Origin: Mytilus trossulus
Lineage: Eukaryota
Assembly: GCF_036588685.1 (NCBI RefSeq)
Contig: NC_086376.1
Span: 22,506,001 to 22,570,000, forward strand
Length of the DNA stretch: 64,000 bases
Direction of reading: 5' to 3'
This document shows positions 13,300-26,254 of the stretch, in pieces. Under the pieces are notes generated by a model that saw only the letters and a program-made list of their open reading frames with translations, was not told the DNA's origin and searched no databases. Each line of letters opens with the position of its first letter. Position 1 is the first letter of the stretch. The position numbers and the translations under genes were made by a program.

Positions 13300-13860
13300 T
13301 TACTGTATGTAAAATCGTAATAGACTTCAGCGAGAGAAATTTAAATATTACTGAAAAAATATTACACCACGGTTTTTGATATCACCAACTAGTCAAACCA
13401 CTTACAAAATGATTTAATCGGTATAAGGAAATCATTCGTATATATAACTTAACATGTATACATCATATACGTTCAGGTATTTCACATCAAATGTTTTATG
13501 GTAATACTCTTTACAAAGCACACATATTTCAGTATTCACCTCATAAGGTAACAAAACTTTTGAACAGACTTACGATATTGTTGTCAGGTCATTAAAAATT
13601 GCATATTTTAATTTTAAAATTGATTCACTTATAAGGGTATTTGCATCGGAATTAAACACGTTTATTCTATAACCAGTTGCTGGCATGACATGGGTTATCT
13701 TTTTTTAAATATTTTTCATGATGGTATGATACTAAACCCCTAACAGGAGGGATTTTGCCTGATATTCATATGATGAAGAGATAATTTTCCAATCAGTTAA
13801 AATGATGTCTGAAGCTGTCATGTCAGTGACTGCTAACAGTCTGTTGTTATTTGTGTATTA
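13300..13860 (+). mobile_element. Degenerate retroelement RT C-terminal fragment (Penelope-like)
   Basis: Reads DFSERNLNITEKILHHGF*YHQLVKPLTK*FNRYKEII, the same pattern as 440-660. Confidence 0.5.
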
Positions 13861-14270
13861 TTGTCATTTTGTTTATTTTCTTTTGTTTCATATTCTGACT
13901 TCAGACTCGGTAAAACTGAGTTTTACTGTTGTGCGTTTATTTTTCTACATTGGCTAGAAGTATAGGGGTTGGTTTTACATCTTAAAAAACACGTTTAACC
14001 CCGCCGCAATTTTGCGCCTGTCCCAAATCAAGAGTCTCTGGCTTTTTTTTAGTCTTGAATGATTTTTAATTTTCCTTTCTTGTGTATAATTTGGAGCTTA
14101 GTATGACGTCCATTATCACTGAACTAGTATACATATTTGTTTAGAGACTAGCTGAGTGAAGCCTTCGTTTCTCACTACATTTAAGAACCATTGGTGGCCT
14201 TCGACTGTTGTCTGCTCTATGGTCGGGTCGTTGTCGTTATGACACATTCTTCATTTGCATTCTCATTTTT
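13860..14270 (-). repeat. Interspersed repeat, reverse copy of 1340-1753
   Basis: Shares reverse-complemented blocks ATCACTGAACTAGTATA, CTGTTGTCTGCTCTATGGT and CATTCTCA. Confidence 0.75.
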
Positions 14271-16015
14271 CTTTTTTACTAATTCTCTATTTTTAGAGTC
14301 TTTTGAATGCCGTTGTTTACTGCTTTCCGTTTTTTGTCCTTTCTTTTGTATGTCTGTTGATGACTATTAAATAATAGTTCTGCACTTGAGGGTGATACGC
14401 TAGCAGAGAAGCTTTACATTTTAATTCCAAGGCATTTTTTAATCGTATAAGCCATAAACTTCGTACATTCAACACTAACACACTGTGATATTGTGAGGTA
14501 GGTGCAAACAACCATTGGTAGAAAATGTGTTTGCAAAGAGATATACAATGTTCAAATAAAAGAAAGCCAAATATATGTTTGCAATAATCAGGTTTACCAT
14601 ATCGAAGCTAAGCATCATCAGCCTTCCCGAGAGAGTTTTATTACTAAATGAGGAGGGACTACTAATAGCCATAGACTTCGCTACTTCTTCTTGAACATTC
14701 CTTTGGTAGATGTTACTCAGCATAGCCACACTCATCTCCCACTCTTCAACTATGGTGGGTTTTGTATTTTTTGCTATCATTTTATCTTATGCGCTTTGTC
14801 AGTGTGCTGTTTGTTTAATACTTGATTGTTTTATAGTAATTAGGATTATAACACAATGTCGACTGTTTTGACATTTTTGCTTTTTGGGTCTGTTTGATAT
14901 TTTCAAGCGTTGTTGTCGATGTGATGGAATTGTGTGCGACTGTCTTGTAGGTTGGCAGTTTGGCTGGCTAGGGTACATGGTTTAGTCCACCATTTCTACA
15001 TAAGGGGATGCATTTTGCGCTTGTTGTTTATTCATTTGGTGTGTTTGAGCCGTTTATTTTGTCGTTATTTTTTTCAATTTGGATATTCCTCGGATTTCGG
15101 TAATTTTGCAATTTATCTTTTAATATTACTAAATACTACTTATTATAGCCACCGCATCTCTCACTTTTTCCTCGAGAATTAATTACGTATTGCGACTAAT
15201 CACATGCATAGAGTCGCCAATTTGTCCTCGATTATGATTTCGACCTTTTGAAGCCACAATTGCAACTTTGTTTTGTCGGTGAGAATCGTGTTTTACAATT
15301 TTGAGAATTTTTTTAATTATTTTATAGACTTCATTTTAATTGTTCATGGTTTTGTCTATCTCTCATGTGTTTTTAATTGCCCTATTCATAACTTCTTTCC
15401 TTATAACATTTTGTTAGAACCAGTTGATAACAAACATGTTTTTAAAATAATATAGGATAATTTAAAAAAAATTTGATAAATTATTCATCCATATTTCTGT
15501 GTTGTTATTTATACAATTTTAGTCAATACTCAATGATTATATTATTACTCAATAATCGCTTTATTTTGTGTTTTTACTTTTTTCTAAGCATATTTTCTGA
15601 GTCAATTAATATTACATTGGCTCGATTTTTGGTTTTGTTTGCCTAAAATTGTTGGTATTTTAAGTGGTTGTTGTTCTTGGTTAAGTTTGCGCGGTTATTG
15701 TTTTTCACCTTACTTTTGACATACTGTAACATTTTAAGATACACTAATTATTGATGTTTTCAGTGTGATTTTTAAATTGTCTTGTTTGTAGTAGACAACT
15801 ATGTGTACTGTCAACATACTTTTTTATATGGAAATGTTATTTAACAATATATATGACCTACCAACTAGTAAACATTGACATTTTACTCAGATCACGTAAA
15901 TTAAAGCTGTGAAAAACAACAGGTTTGAATGGTATATATACTGAACCAAAACAAAACAGTTTAAGTCATTCTGTAATTTACTCTCAGCAACATCGTTCCT
16001 TTCAATTTAGGAGTC

Positions 16016-17186
16016 ATGAATAAATATTAGTTGAGCATCTATCATTTGAATAAAGGAGATACTGAAAGAGTCAAACGAGATTATATCACAAGCGAGGGTG
16101 CAGAATTGTTGACACCGTCTCTTTGTACAAGTGAAAGTGCAAGTAGCAACAGCGGCAGTTATGAATCTATTCCACAGGTATGTTGCGTCATTTATAGCTT
16201 CAAATTTGAAGAAGAATTTCATAACTCGTATAAAGAATAGAGATAAGAATCTATGTAAATACAAAAAAATAATCAAAGACGACAAAATATATGCATTCCT
16301 ATATTAAACAATGAGGAGAGGCAACAGCTTAATCTAATTTGTTGCAATTACTTCAATGTACGATAATGGCGTTTTTATTCATTATTTTGTACTTTTCATC
16401 TATTTCTTTTAAATTTTCTTAATATTTAAATTCTGTTTTGTAGGTTTTGTTATCATTCGACAGATCAATTAACAATTGGTTATCTTCCTGCAATACTAAT
16501 GAGAAACCATCGCACTCGTACATCGCTATGATTTCAATGGCAATACTGAGTAAACCGAACAAGAAAATGTTACTCAACGATATATATATCAGTTTATCAT
16601 GGATACTATCCCCTTCTACAATAATAATGAAAAAGCATGGAGAAACAGCATCCGGCATAACATTTCCATTAACGAGTGCTTCGTAAAAATTGGCAGGTCC
16701 GATAAAGGAAAAGGCAACTATTGGTCTATTTATCAAGACTGTATAGAGGAATTTGCAAAAGGAGATTACAGGCGTCGGAATGCAAGACGAAGAACACGAA
16801 AAAGTTCTGTAAAAACTGCCGATTGTTCACCTAATAAATTCTGCAACCAAAATAATTACGAATATATACCAATGACATTGTCACACACTGGATTCTTCCC
16901 ATACCATGTAAAAGGATCCCCAATGCATAAAACCCCTCAAAATCAACATCAAAATCAACTGAGTATTCAGACTCCTGTATCGTCATTCGGATTGACACAA
17001 ACGAATCTTCCGGCAGTCATGCATACGTTCGGAAGCGATTCATTATTTCCCGTTTCGCAATACTCGTCAAAAGAGGAACCATTCAATGCACTATCCACAT
17101 ATCACACTACGTCATCCTTTAGACCGGGCTCTAATTCAGCTTTTTATTCATCTAGTCAGATACATAAAGATAGTTTTAATTGGTGA
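16016..17186 (+). pseudogene. foxQ2: FoxQ2 copy A1, recently inactivated
   Basis: Exon 1 16016-16177 has TAG at codon 5 (CAG in paralogs). Exon 2 16444-17186 has an extra TA in GATATATATATC (~16580-16589) that frameshifts the forkhead domain. Otherwise near-identical to A2/A3. Confidence 0.88.
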
Positions 17187-17932
17187 AAAACTTGTGTCAC
17201 ATTATCAAGAGTAGGTGTAACAGTGTTTCTGATTTTGATAAAATATGAATTATCAATACAGTGACGACTGAGTTTGCATAAGTCTGCAGCGTAGACTTAC
17301 ATAATTGTTCAGAGAAAACGAGGACACTTGAATTAAAAATTTATATCATATTTACTTCATTGCTAAAGACTTAAATGTTTTTTAGATATTGAACTTTAGT
17401 TATAGTGTTTGTATAAAATGATTGAGATTAAAATTGATAAATAGTGAAAGCATGTATCAGGAACAGATAACGTTATACCGTGCCAAAACTGTAAATAGAA
17501 ATAAAAGAATTAACTGTAAAAATTTTGATTTTTTGTTGCTGTAAATATTGATTTTAACGGAGTCTCTGGTCGTTTATTTGCTATATAATGGTAAGTTTGT
17601 TATCTACTCAGGTTTTGATTTTCCTTTGGTATTTTAAGTCTTTCCTTTTCGTGTTGGTCCAGTGTATCTGATTTTATTGACGATACATATCTATTCTATA
17701 AGTTGATGCCCTTATCTATCAATTAAATCATTAAAGATGGAATAAAACAATGTTGTTAAGTGTTTATTATGTGCAAATACTCCTGTTGTGTACAGTTCAG
17801 CATCAACAAACAATTAGTTTGAAAGTAAAATATTGCTCATAACTTTTATGATTTTAATAAAGAATATTTATTTTAATGATTGAATGCTTTAATAATTAAG
17901 GTCAAAATGGAATTGTCTGTCACAAAAAGATG

Positions 17933-20265
17933 AATCTGAGATCATACTCTTAAATCCCTCTACTGTACCGCATGATACTATTTGTTCAGGCAGATGATTC
18001 CAATTAATAACAGTCTTTAGATGTTTGTATATGCCTAAATGAGTGTTGATTGCTATATCTGGTTCTTTTGTCAAGTGGGATCAAAAGATTATGTGTAGGA
18101 ACTGCTACAATTTCGTGAATAATTTTGTAAAAGAAAACAAGTCTGTATCGTAAACGCCTAATTTCGAGTGGGTACCAATTTAGGTCTGTCATCATTTCAG
18201 TAACTGAGCTGGTGTTATGGAAGTGGTTGCACGAGAAGCGTGCTGCTCTTCTCTGAACTTTTTCAATTTGTAGAGTTTGTTGTTTTTGATGTGGGTCCCA
18301 AATTGTTGAGCAGTACTCTAATTTTGGTCGGACAAGAGCTTTATATGCATGAACTTTAACTTTCGGTGATGCTATTTTTAGGTTTCTACGAATAAGTACA
18401 AGGGACTGGTTTGTTTTGGATGTCATGTTATCTACATGTTTGTCCCATTTTAAATTTGATTGAAGAGTTAGGCCTTAATATTTTGTAGAGTCAACCTTTT
18501 GTAGAGAGTGATTGTGTAATCTATAAGTAAAGTCTAAAGGTTTGCGTTTTTGAGTTACACTGAGAATCTTGCACTTATCAGGATGAAAATGCATGAGCCA
18601 GTCCTGCTCCCACCTGCCGGCCGCTTCTAAGTCAGACTGTAATTTAAGTGCGTCATCTGGTTTTCTAATTTCTCTATAAATAATGCTGTCATCTGCAAAC
18701 AATCTTAATGTACTGTGTTCAATATATTCTGCCAAATCATAAATGAAGATTAAAAATAAAATTGCACCAAACACTGTGCCTTGAGATACCCCAGATGTTA
18801 CAGGAATTTTATTTGATGTTTCACCTTCAAGGACTACTGTTTGTGTTCTGTTTGTTAAGACATCTTGAATCCAATGATATGCATTATAATTTATTCCGTA
18901 GAAACCAATTTTATACATGAGGTGGTGGTGTGAAACTTTATCAAATGCTTTTGCAAAATCCGTTATTATGATGTCTATTTGGATGTTTTTATTATTTGAA
19001 TTTGAAGGATCTTGAATAAATGACATTAGCTGAGTTTTACAGGAGCGGGAGGATCGTAAACCATGTTGTAAGTCATATAGTATTTTATTTTTTTCCAGAT
19101 GTTTCATAATGCTACTAGCTAGAATATGTTCAAATAGTTTGCAGCAGATGCAAGTCAATGATATTGGGTGATAGTTTATTCGATCGTGTTTGTCGCCTTT
19201 TTTTAATGCTGGACATATACTTGCGTGACGCCAGTCATCTGGGATCTTTCCAGAGTTCAGTGATGTTTGGACTATGATTGATAAGATGGTAATGATAGAT
19301 GATTTACACTCTAAAAAAAATTCCATGGATGAGATCAGGCCCAGCAGCTTTGTTGATGTTGATGTTATTTAGGAGTTTTTCTATGCCTTGTTTTTGTATC
19401 TTAATATCAGGCATCTGTTAATGTTTACTGACGCCCTTGTCTGGAATAGGGTCATCTGTTACAAGTGTAAATGCTTTTTTGAACTGTTCATTTAAAATAT
19501 TTCCTTTTGCTTTTGAGTCAGATATTAGTGAGCCCTCTGTTCGGAGTGGTGGTATGTTAGAGCTTTCAGACTTTTGTGTTTTTATATAACTGAACAGATT
19601 TTTTGGGAAGCTCTTTGATAAAGTAGTAGGGTTTTTATCAACTGGTATACCACAAATAATATTTTCAATATAATTCCACTAAGATGTTCTTTGTTGTTTT
19701 TGTATATCATGTTTTAATTTTTTAGTTGGTCTAGTTTCCCTTTGCCTTTCAATTTGTACTTTTGAATTTTTTTCTTGTACTTTTTCATTTGCCGTCTAAT
19801 ACTGTCTTTTATCCAAGGTAAATTTTTACTATTTCTCATCATTTTCTTTGGTATGTTCTCAGTGCTAGTGTTTGTAATGAGTTTTTTAATATTAACCAAA
19901 GTGTGTTTGTATCTTCTCTATCTTTTTTGTGTATGATCTTTTGATATATGTTATCTATATCCTCTTTTATTTTTTGCAAGTTTGCATTTTTATATTTATA
20001 TACTTTTTCGTGGCTTGGTTTGGCATCTTTTTAGTGATAGTAAACATTCTAAATATACAATATCATGGCCTGCCTCTCCTAATGGTGGCATGGTTTCAGT
20101 TTTTTCAATAATGGCTGGATAATTTGTTAACACAAGATCTAACATTTTTTCATTTCGAGTTCGTATGTTTACAACTTGTGCTAATGAATTGTCATTTATT
20201 ATTTCTAAAAATTGTTGATGTTGTTTTTGGTTTGCTTTTCCGGGGATTTCAAAGAGCAAAGTTGC
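17933..20265 (-). mobile_element. Non-LTR retrotransposon (CR1/L2-group LINE) ORF2 fragment, degenerate
   Basis: RT motifs DFAKAFDKV, SGVSQGTVFG, LFADD and FHPDKC; C-terminal WDPH...IEKVQRRAARF; endonuclease tail LDLVLTN...GHDIV; several frameshifts and stops. Confidence 0.9.
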
Positions 20266-20404
20266 ACTTATTGCGGACATTGCCAGTTTATTTCACATAA
20301 AGACTTTACAATTTCTTTATTTATTAATCATTTATTTTGAGATCAGTTATAGATTTATCTAAAGAAAATATAAATATCTTTATTGTTTAAATGATAAAAC
20401 ATAT

Positions 20405-20565
20405 ATGTGTATTAGATTCAGCTCTGTTACTGTAGCTACTGTTATTTTTACTCGTCTAAAGAGAGGGTGTTCTTAATTCACCTTCAATATTTGAAAAAGA
20501 ATCTCGTTTTTCTTTTTCTGGATCTCCCATGTTCAAACGATAGATGCTGAACTGTGATTATTCAT
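20405..20565 (-). pseudogene. foxQ2: FoxQ2 copy B2: orphan exon 1 with promoter
   Basis: Homologous to 10634-10795, with a 1-nt deletion just after the ATG and a mutated donor; exon 2 absent (LINE in its place). Confidence 0.8.
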
Positions 20566-22499
20566 GATCCCTAGATTACAAAGAACAATCTGGGGTAAGA
20601 GAAAATTACAGAATGGTTATATTGTTTGCGTTTAAGAATATATAGGTGAAAAACTATTTATATCCCTGTTTTTTTTTCACAGTTTCAAAGCACGTGTTTT
20701 TTGTCAAATGGCAACATATTTCTTTCAACAGGTCAAATTCCTAAATAACATTACAGTATTGAAAGAATGTTGACAGTTAACCGTGAAAATTGATGAACTT
20801 GATATCAAAAGAAATGATAACGTTATCACATTTAAAAAAAAACACTTGATAATTATCATAAACATGGTAATATGTTATTTAATATTGAAAATAGAAGAGT
20901 AAAAATAACTAATATAACATCGAAATTAAGATTGTAAGAGAGAAAAATGCTAAGATCAAATACATTGAAAAGGGCCTTGTGTTGAGACACATGTTCCCAA
21001 CCAACAGTTTATTTTTGCGAAATTAGCTCCCGTTGTAAAATAAGTGGCTGTGCAAAGTGGACCTAATGCATATCTTTGTAGAAACACGCATTGTGATTAT
21101 GGTAATGATATCATGCTGTTTCAATGATGAGGTCAGTATTGCCCAGTCTAAGGTTTTCTATTTTGTTTTTTCTGTACTATTGTCTGCCTTCGGTCATTTA
21201 TTTTATTTTCAAATATGGTGATGTGAGTTTATTTTTGATTAACGAGGTAAAATGCTCCTCTAGTATCTAACGAGTTGATATCTTTGTAGGTCTATCTTTT
21301 TCATTATCCTATATATATATAGGGGGTCTCAACAAAGTATTTGTTTTGCTTATGATTTTTAAATTCGTATATATAAATAAGTGTTTAATACATAATAATG
21401 GTTTTCATTTCTATTTTTGACGGTATCCGGACTGACTGATGAGGGCAACCTGCATTGACGGTAAAACTGACAAACCTTGTAAATTTATTTTTGCCCCGGT
21501 TTAATGTCGTAATGTTTAACTTTTACGTAATGTCTTCATCAAATATCCAAATATTTTGATATGCCATTGTGTAATGTATGTAATGGATAGTATTAACAAA
21601 ATATCAAAAAAAAGTGGTTAATATAAAATGACAATAGTAAATGCTAGAATTTACCAAACTATAGAACAAACGCTAGCAATTATTTAACATATTATAGACA
21701 CTTTTGCTAGAAATGGTAGTTTGAACCTGGTTTTATAGATTAATGTTACAATACTTATTACCAAGCAGACAAACGTGTGCTAATATACACCACAGACACG
21801 TAACATAACGGAATTAAAGGTAGTTAAAAAAAAAATACAAAAAAAAAAAAAAAAAAAAATCTTTCAAAAACAAAACAATAAAAGGGTTTGTGAAGACAAA
21901 GTTTGACAAAGAAGCCTGCGAAAATCATTTTGTAGTTGATAGTAAATTTGACATTTCTACATATGTAACATGTTTAGAAATAAGATGTATTTCACACATT
22001 TAAGAGTTCAACAGGCTAGTATTGGTGTCTCATTACATGAAGGACAGAATAGACACATTGTGTTGACTCAGTTTTAACACAATAATACAATAATAAAATC
22101 AGTATAAAAGTAATGGAAATTTCTGACATGGTTTATTGTATCAAGGTGATCATAAACAGAAAAATATATTGACGGAATTGTGTTTGAATGAATAAAATTG
22201 TTTGAGCTTTTCATATTTTATCATGAAATTCGTACTTCTATGAATTCTGCAGTTCAAATACCTTTATGTACTGATTTGCAAATGCCTTTCAAAATTTATT
22301 CATGTTTCATGGAGATATGTAGTATAATTTGATAACAAGCGAAAAACACCAAATTGAACAATCTATATATAATAGGAGGTTCTTGAACGACACACAAACA
22401 TTCGTTTGCCAATTGGTAAGCCCTTACAGCAAATTCGTTGCATACCGCAATCTTGAACTTTATAATAGCTAGGCACAATCAATATAGTTCTTTGTTTAA

Positions 22500-22769
22500 G
22501 GTGGTACCCAACACTTTCACTAAAATAATTTGGCTCGTTTAATTTTCATAAAATTTTGACAGAGTATTTACTTTGACCCTTTATCAAAAAAATTAAAAAA
22601 TATAAAATGTGAACCAAGCGTTTATCAGGAAAATTACACTGGTTATATAGCAGTTTGACAACCACTAATTTTGATCATTGAGAAGCTTTATATTGCCTTC
22701 ACAACGAAACGTAATTAAAACATTTAGCTGATATTACAGAGTTATCTCCCTGTAGTGTTAGGTACCACC
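22500..22769. mobile_element. 270 bp MITE with TTAA target duplication
   Basis: TIR GGTGGTACCCAACACT / AGTGTTAGGTACCACC (15/16 match) with TTAA on both sides; empty site TGTTTAAATCTACAAA at ~43487. Confidence 0.85.
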
Positions 22770-23344
22770 TTAAATCTACAAATTTTTAAACAGATATGCA
22801 TATTATGCTTACTACTGTGTATTCATGTAAGATTAATATTTGCTTCATTGTTATCCAAATTGTTTTACCTAATATTAAATATTAATAACTTTAGATTACA
22901 CATGCAAGTTGGCCATTTAGGAGAGAAAGCAACTATAGGATACTGATAGTGAACATTTCATTTTTACTTTTACTTTTTAAGCAGAATACAAGATTAGTTA
23001 GACCAACATTTTATTTTTGAGATAAGCATTATAGTTTTTCGTTATGGCACCTTGATTATATGGAAATAAGATGTTTTTGAAATAAAAGCTTAAAATAATT
23101 AAGTATCAACAATCGAAACTAAATACAGTTTATAAACTTAAACATATGGGTAAACATAATCACAGAGAACATTTTAGGTCTTGTGGAAGGAATTAGTTTT
23201 TTTAATGTACATGTAGCTGATACGTATTTTATTTGTGAAACCCAAATATTCAAAATATAAAAGTATTTATTTGTTAAAGCGGTAAGCAGTGTAAGTATTC
23301 AAGTAATAACAGGAATTATTATTACATATATATATATATATATA

Positions 23345-24085
23345 TATACAACTCATCTAAACATCAACCCAACAATGTTAGATCTGTAAATTTACTTTTG
23401 CAAATTTTTTGGTCTTCCCTCGCCGGGATTCGAACCCATGCAACTGCGATATCGTGACACCAAATCGCCTGCACTGTAACCGTCCCGCTACATCACACGA
23501 TAACCTGGGCTTCATACAAATGAAGCTTTCAGTGTTACCTTTCCACGTAAGTTTAATCTAACACCGTTCTACAGTACATGATATATAAGGCATGCAGATG
23601 TTATTCTTACAGATCAGCTAAATTATCTATAATAAAGGATCATATAATTAATGTAAGATACAGCCGCAGAAAATTATATATACTAGTATAAGAACGTCTG
23701 AACCAGTGACAACTCTACAACAGATTTATCCATCGGATCACCAGCAGTGATGGTGATACATGGCTGTGTACATTCTGTATATACAACTCGTCTAAACATC
23801 AACCCAACAATGATAGATCTGTAAATTTGCTTTATCAAATTGTTTGCCGGGATTCGAACCAATACTACTGAGATATCGTACCACCAAATCACCTGCACTG
23901 TAACCGGCGCGCTAGACTACACGAGCACCTGGGCCTCAAAATCAAGCTTTCAATGGCCAGGTATAACCTTTCCAAGTCAGTTATAATCTAGCGTGCTACT
24001 ACAGTAATGTTATATAAGGCATGAAGATGATATTTTTACGGATCAGCTAAATTTTTTATAGTACATTTAGATAATTTAGCTGATA
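23345..24085 (-). repeat. tRNA-derived (SINE-like) ~435 bp unit, two head-to-tail copies
   Basis: Unit starts TATACAACTC.TCTAAACATCAACCCAACAATG; the minus strand has B-box GGTTCGAATCC and A-box-like GTAGTCTAGCG; preceded by (TA)n. Confidence 0.7.
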
Positions 24086-24854
24086 TGCAGTCGGAAGTGT
24101 GACAGTTGTTGTTCATTCGTTAAGACTGTTTAGCATTAAGTTGGTTATTTTTGCGATTTTCCGTTTAACATAACTAATTTTTACTAATCAACGCCACTGT
24201 GTCGTCCACATTCCTCGAATATTACATCACGTACAGCAACTAATCATAGCCATAGACTCGACAATTTTATTTCGATTATGACATAACTGATTGCGACTTA
24301 TTGTAGCAGCAGTCTCGTACTCGTATACTCGTTTGTGATATTTGCAGAATGTAACTTTACTTGTGGTAAGCAACACAACAGTTGTTACTGGTGAATCAGC
24401 GTCTAAATTTGTCCTTAGTTTATAGTCAGGATTCGTGTTTAACAATATTTGAATTTTTTTAAAGTATTGTATGGACTTCTTTTGATAAGTTCTTGATTTT
24501 CATCATCATTTATGTGGATTAAATTGTCCGATTCCTTACGTCTTTATTTTTAACAGTTTGTTAGAAAAAGTTGATAATAAACATTATTTTTATGAAATTT
24601 TACTAATTTTCACAGATTTAATAAATTTTTCATGCATATTGCTATGGTTTTAGTTATACCATTTGCTCGATCATCATTTTTGTTTGTCTCAAATTGTTGA
24701 TGTTGTTATGGTTGATGTTCTTGGTCTTGTTTGAGTGGTTTTTGTTTTTCAAAATTACTTTTTACATACTGTATCATTTTAAGATACAATAATTATTTCT
24801 GGTCTCCGTGTGATTTTCAAATTGTCTTGTTTGCAGACAAATACAAATAGAATG

Positions 24855-25063
24855 TGTGCTGTCAACATGCTTTATACAATGTAAATGTTATTCAACAATA
24901 TGTATGACCTACTCACTAGTAAACATTGACATTTTACTCAGATCACGTAAATTAAAACTGTGAAAAACAACAGGTTTGTATGGTATATATACTGAACCAA
25001 AAAACAGTTTAAGTCATTCTGTAATTTACCATCAGCAAGATCGTTCCTTTTAATTTAGGAGTC
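24855..25063 (+). promoter_or_regulatory. Conserved foxQ2 core promoter module (copy A2)
   Basis: TATATATA at 24984 and Inr-like TCATTC at 25014-25019 (A is 32 nt from the TATA start); upstream GTCAACA (24861), GATCACGT (24941) and CTGTGAAA. Same motif order upstream of the other copies. Confidence 0.7.
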
Positions 25064-26254
25064 ATGAATAAATATCAGTTGAGCATCTATCATTTGAATA
25101 GAAGAGATACAGAAAGAGTCACACGAGATTCTATCTCAAGCGAGGGTGCAGAACTGTTGACACCGTCTCTTTGTACAAGTGAAAGTGCAAGTAGCAACAG
25201 TGACAGTTATCAATCTATTCCACAGGTATGTTGGGTCATTTATAGCTTTAGATTTGAAGAAGAATTTCATAATTCATCTAAAGAATGAAGATAATAATCT
25301 ATGTAAATACAAAAAAAAACCCGAAACAAATCAAAGACGAGAAAATATATGCATTCCTATATTAAACAATAGGGAGAGACAACAGCTTAATTTAATTTGT
25401 TGCAATTACTTCAATGTACGATATTCGCGTTTTTATTCATTATTTTGTACTTTTCATCTATTTCTTTTCTGTTTTCTTAATATTTAAATTCTGTTTTGTA
25501 GGTTTTGTTATCATTCGACAGATCAATTAAGAATTGGTTATCTTCCTGTGATACTAATGAGAAACCATCGCACTCGTACATCGCTATGATTTCAATGGCA
25601 ATACTGAGTAAACCGAACAAGAAAATGTTACTCAACGATATATATCAGTTTATCATGGATACTTTTCCCTTCTACAATAATAATGAAAAAGCATGGAGAA
25701 ACAGCATCCGGCATAACATTTCAATTAACGAGTGCTTCGTAAAAATTGGCAAGTCCGATAAAGGGAAAGGCAACTATTGGTCTATTCATCAAGACTGTAT
25801 AGAGGAATTTGCAAGAGGAGATTACAGGCGTCGGAATATAAGACGAAGAGCACGAAAAAGTTCTGTAAAAACTGCCGATTGTTCACCTATTGTATTCTGC
25901 AACCGAAATAATTACGAATATATACCGATGACATTGTCGCACACTGGATTCTTCCCATACCATGTACAAGGATCCCCAATGCATAAAACTCCTCAAAATC
26001 AACCTCAAAATCAACATCAAAATCAACTGAATATTCAGACTCCTGTATCGTCATTCGGGTTGACACAAACGAATCTTCCGGCAGTCATGCATACGTTCAG
26101 AAGCGATTCATTATTTCCCGTTTCGCAATACTCGTCAAAAGGGGAATCATGCAATGCACTATCAACATATCACACTACGTCATCCTTTAAACCGGGCTCT
26201 AATTCAGCTTTTTATTCATCTAGTCAGATACATAAAGATATTTTTGATTGGTGA
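25064..26254 (+). CDS. foxQ2: FoxQ2-class forkhead transcription factor, copy A2 (2 exons, ~304 aa)
   Basis: Exon 1 25064-25225, intron 25226-25501 (GT..AG, phase 0), exon 2 25502-26254; uninterrupted frame with a complete forkhead domain. Confidence 0.9.

Noticed and set aside
21430-21480. CTGATGA motif in the B upstream region (also ~11660, ~33080, ~42130) as a hammerhead
   Set aside because: No stem II followed by GAAA, and no cleavage triplet geometry.
23410-23500. Possible tRNA gene (GGTTCGAATCC)
   Set aside because: No convincing cloverleaf or acceptor stem; it sits in a longer repeated unit, so it is treated as a tRNA-derived repeat.
24227-24445. 72-85 aa ORF repeated at 35961-36218
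   Set aside because: Lies in duplicated spacer DNA, has no recognisable domain, and is largely deleted in the next unit.
25064-25288. Exon-1 ORFs as standalone small proteins or uORFs
   Set aside because: Conservation stops at a constant CAG|GTATG donor that joins in frame to the forkhead exon.
25179-25487. Recurrent ~100 aa alternative-frame ORF (also 36964-37269, 44886-45164)
   Set aside because: Overlaps exon 1 out of frame and runs through the intron from a GTG start; recurrence is explained by recent duplication.
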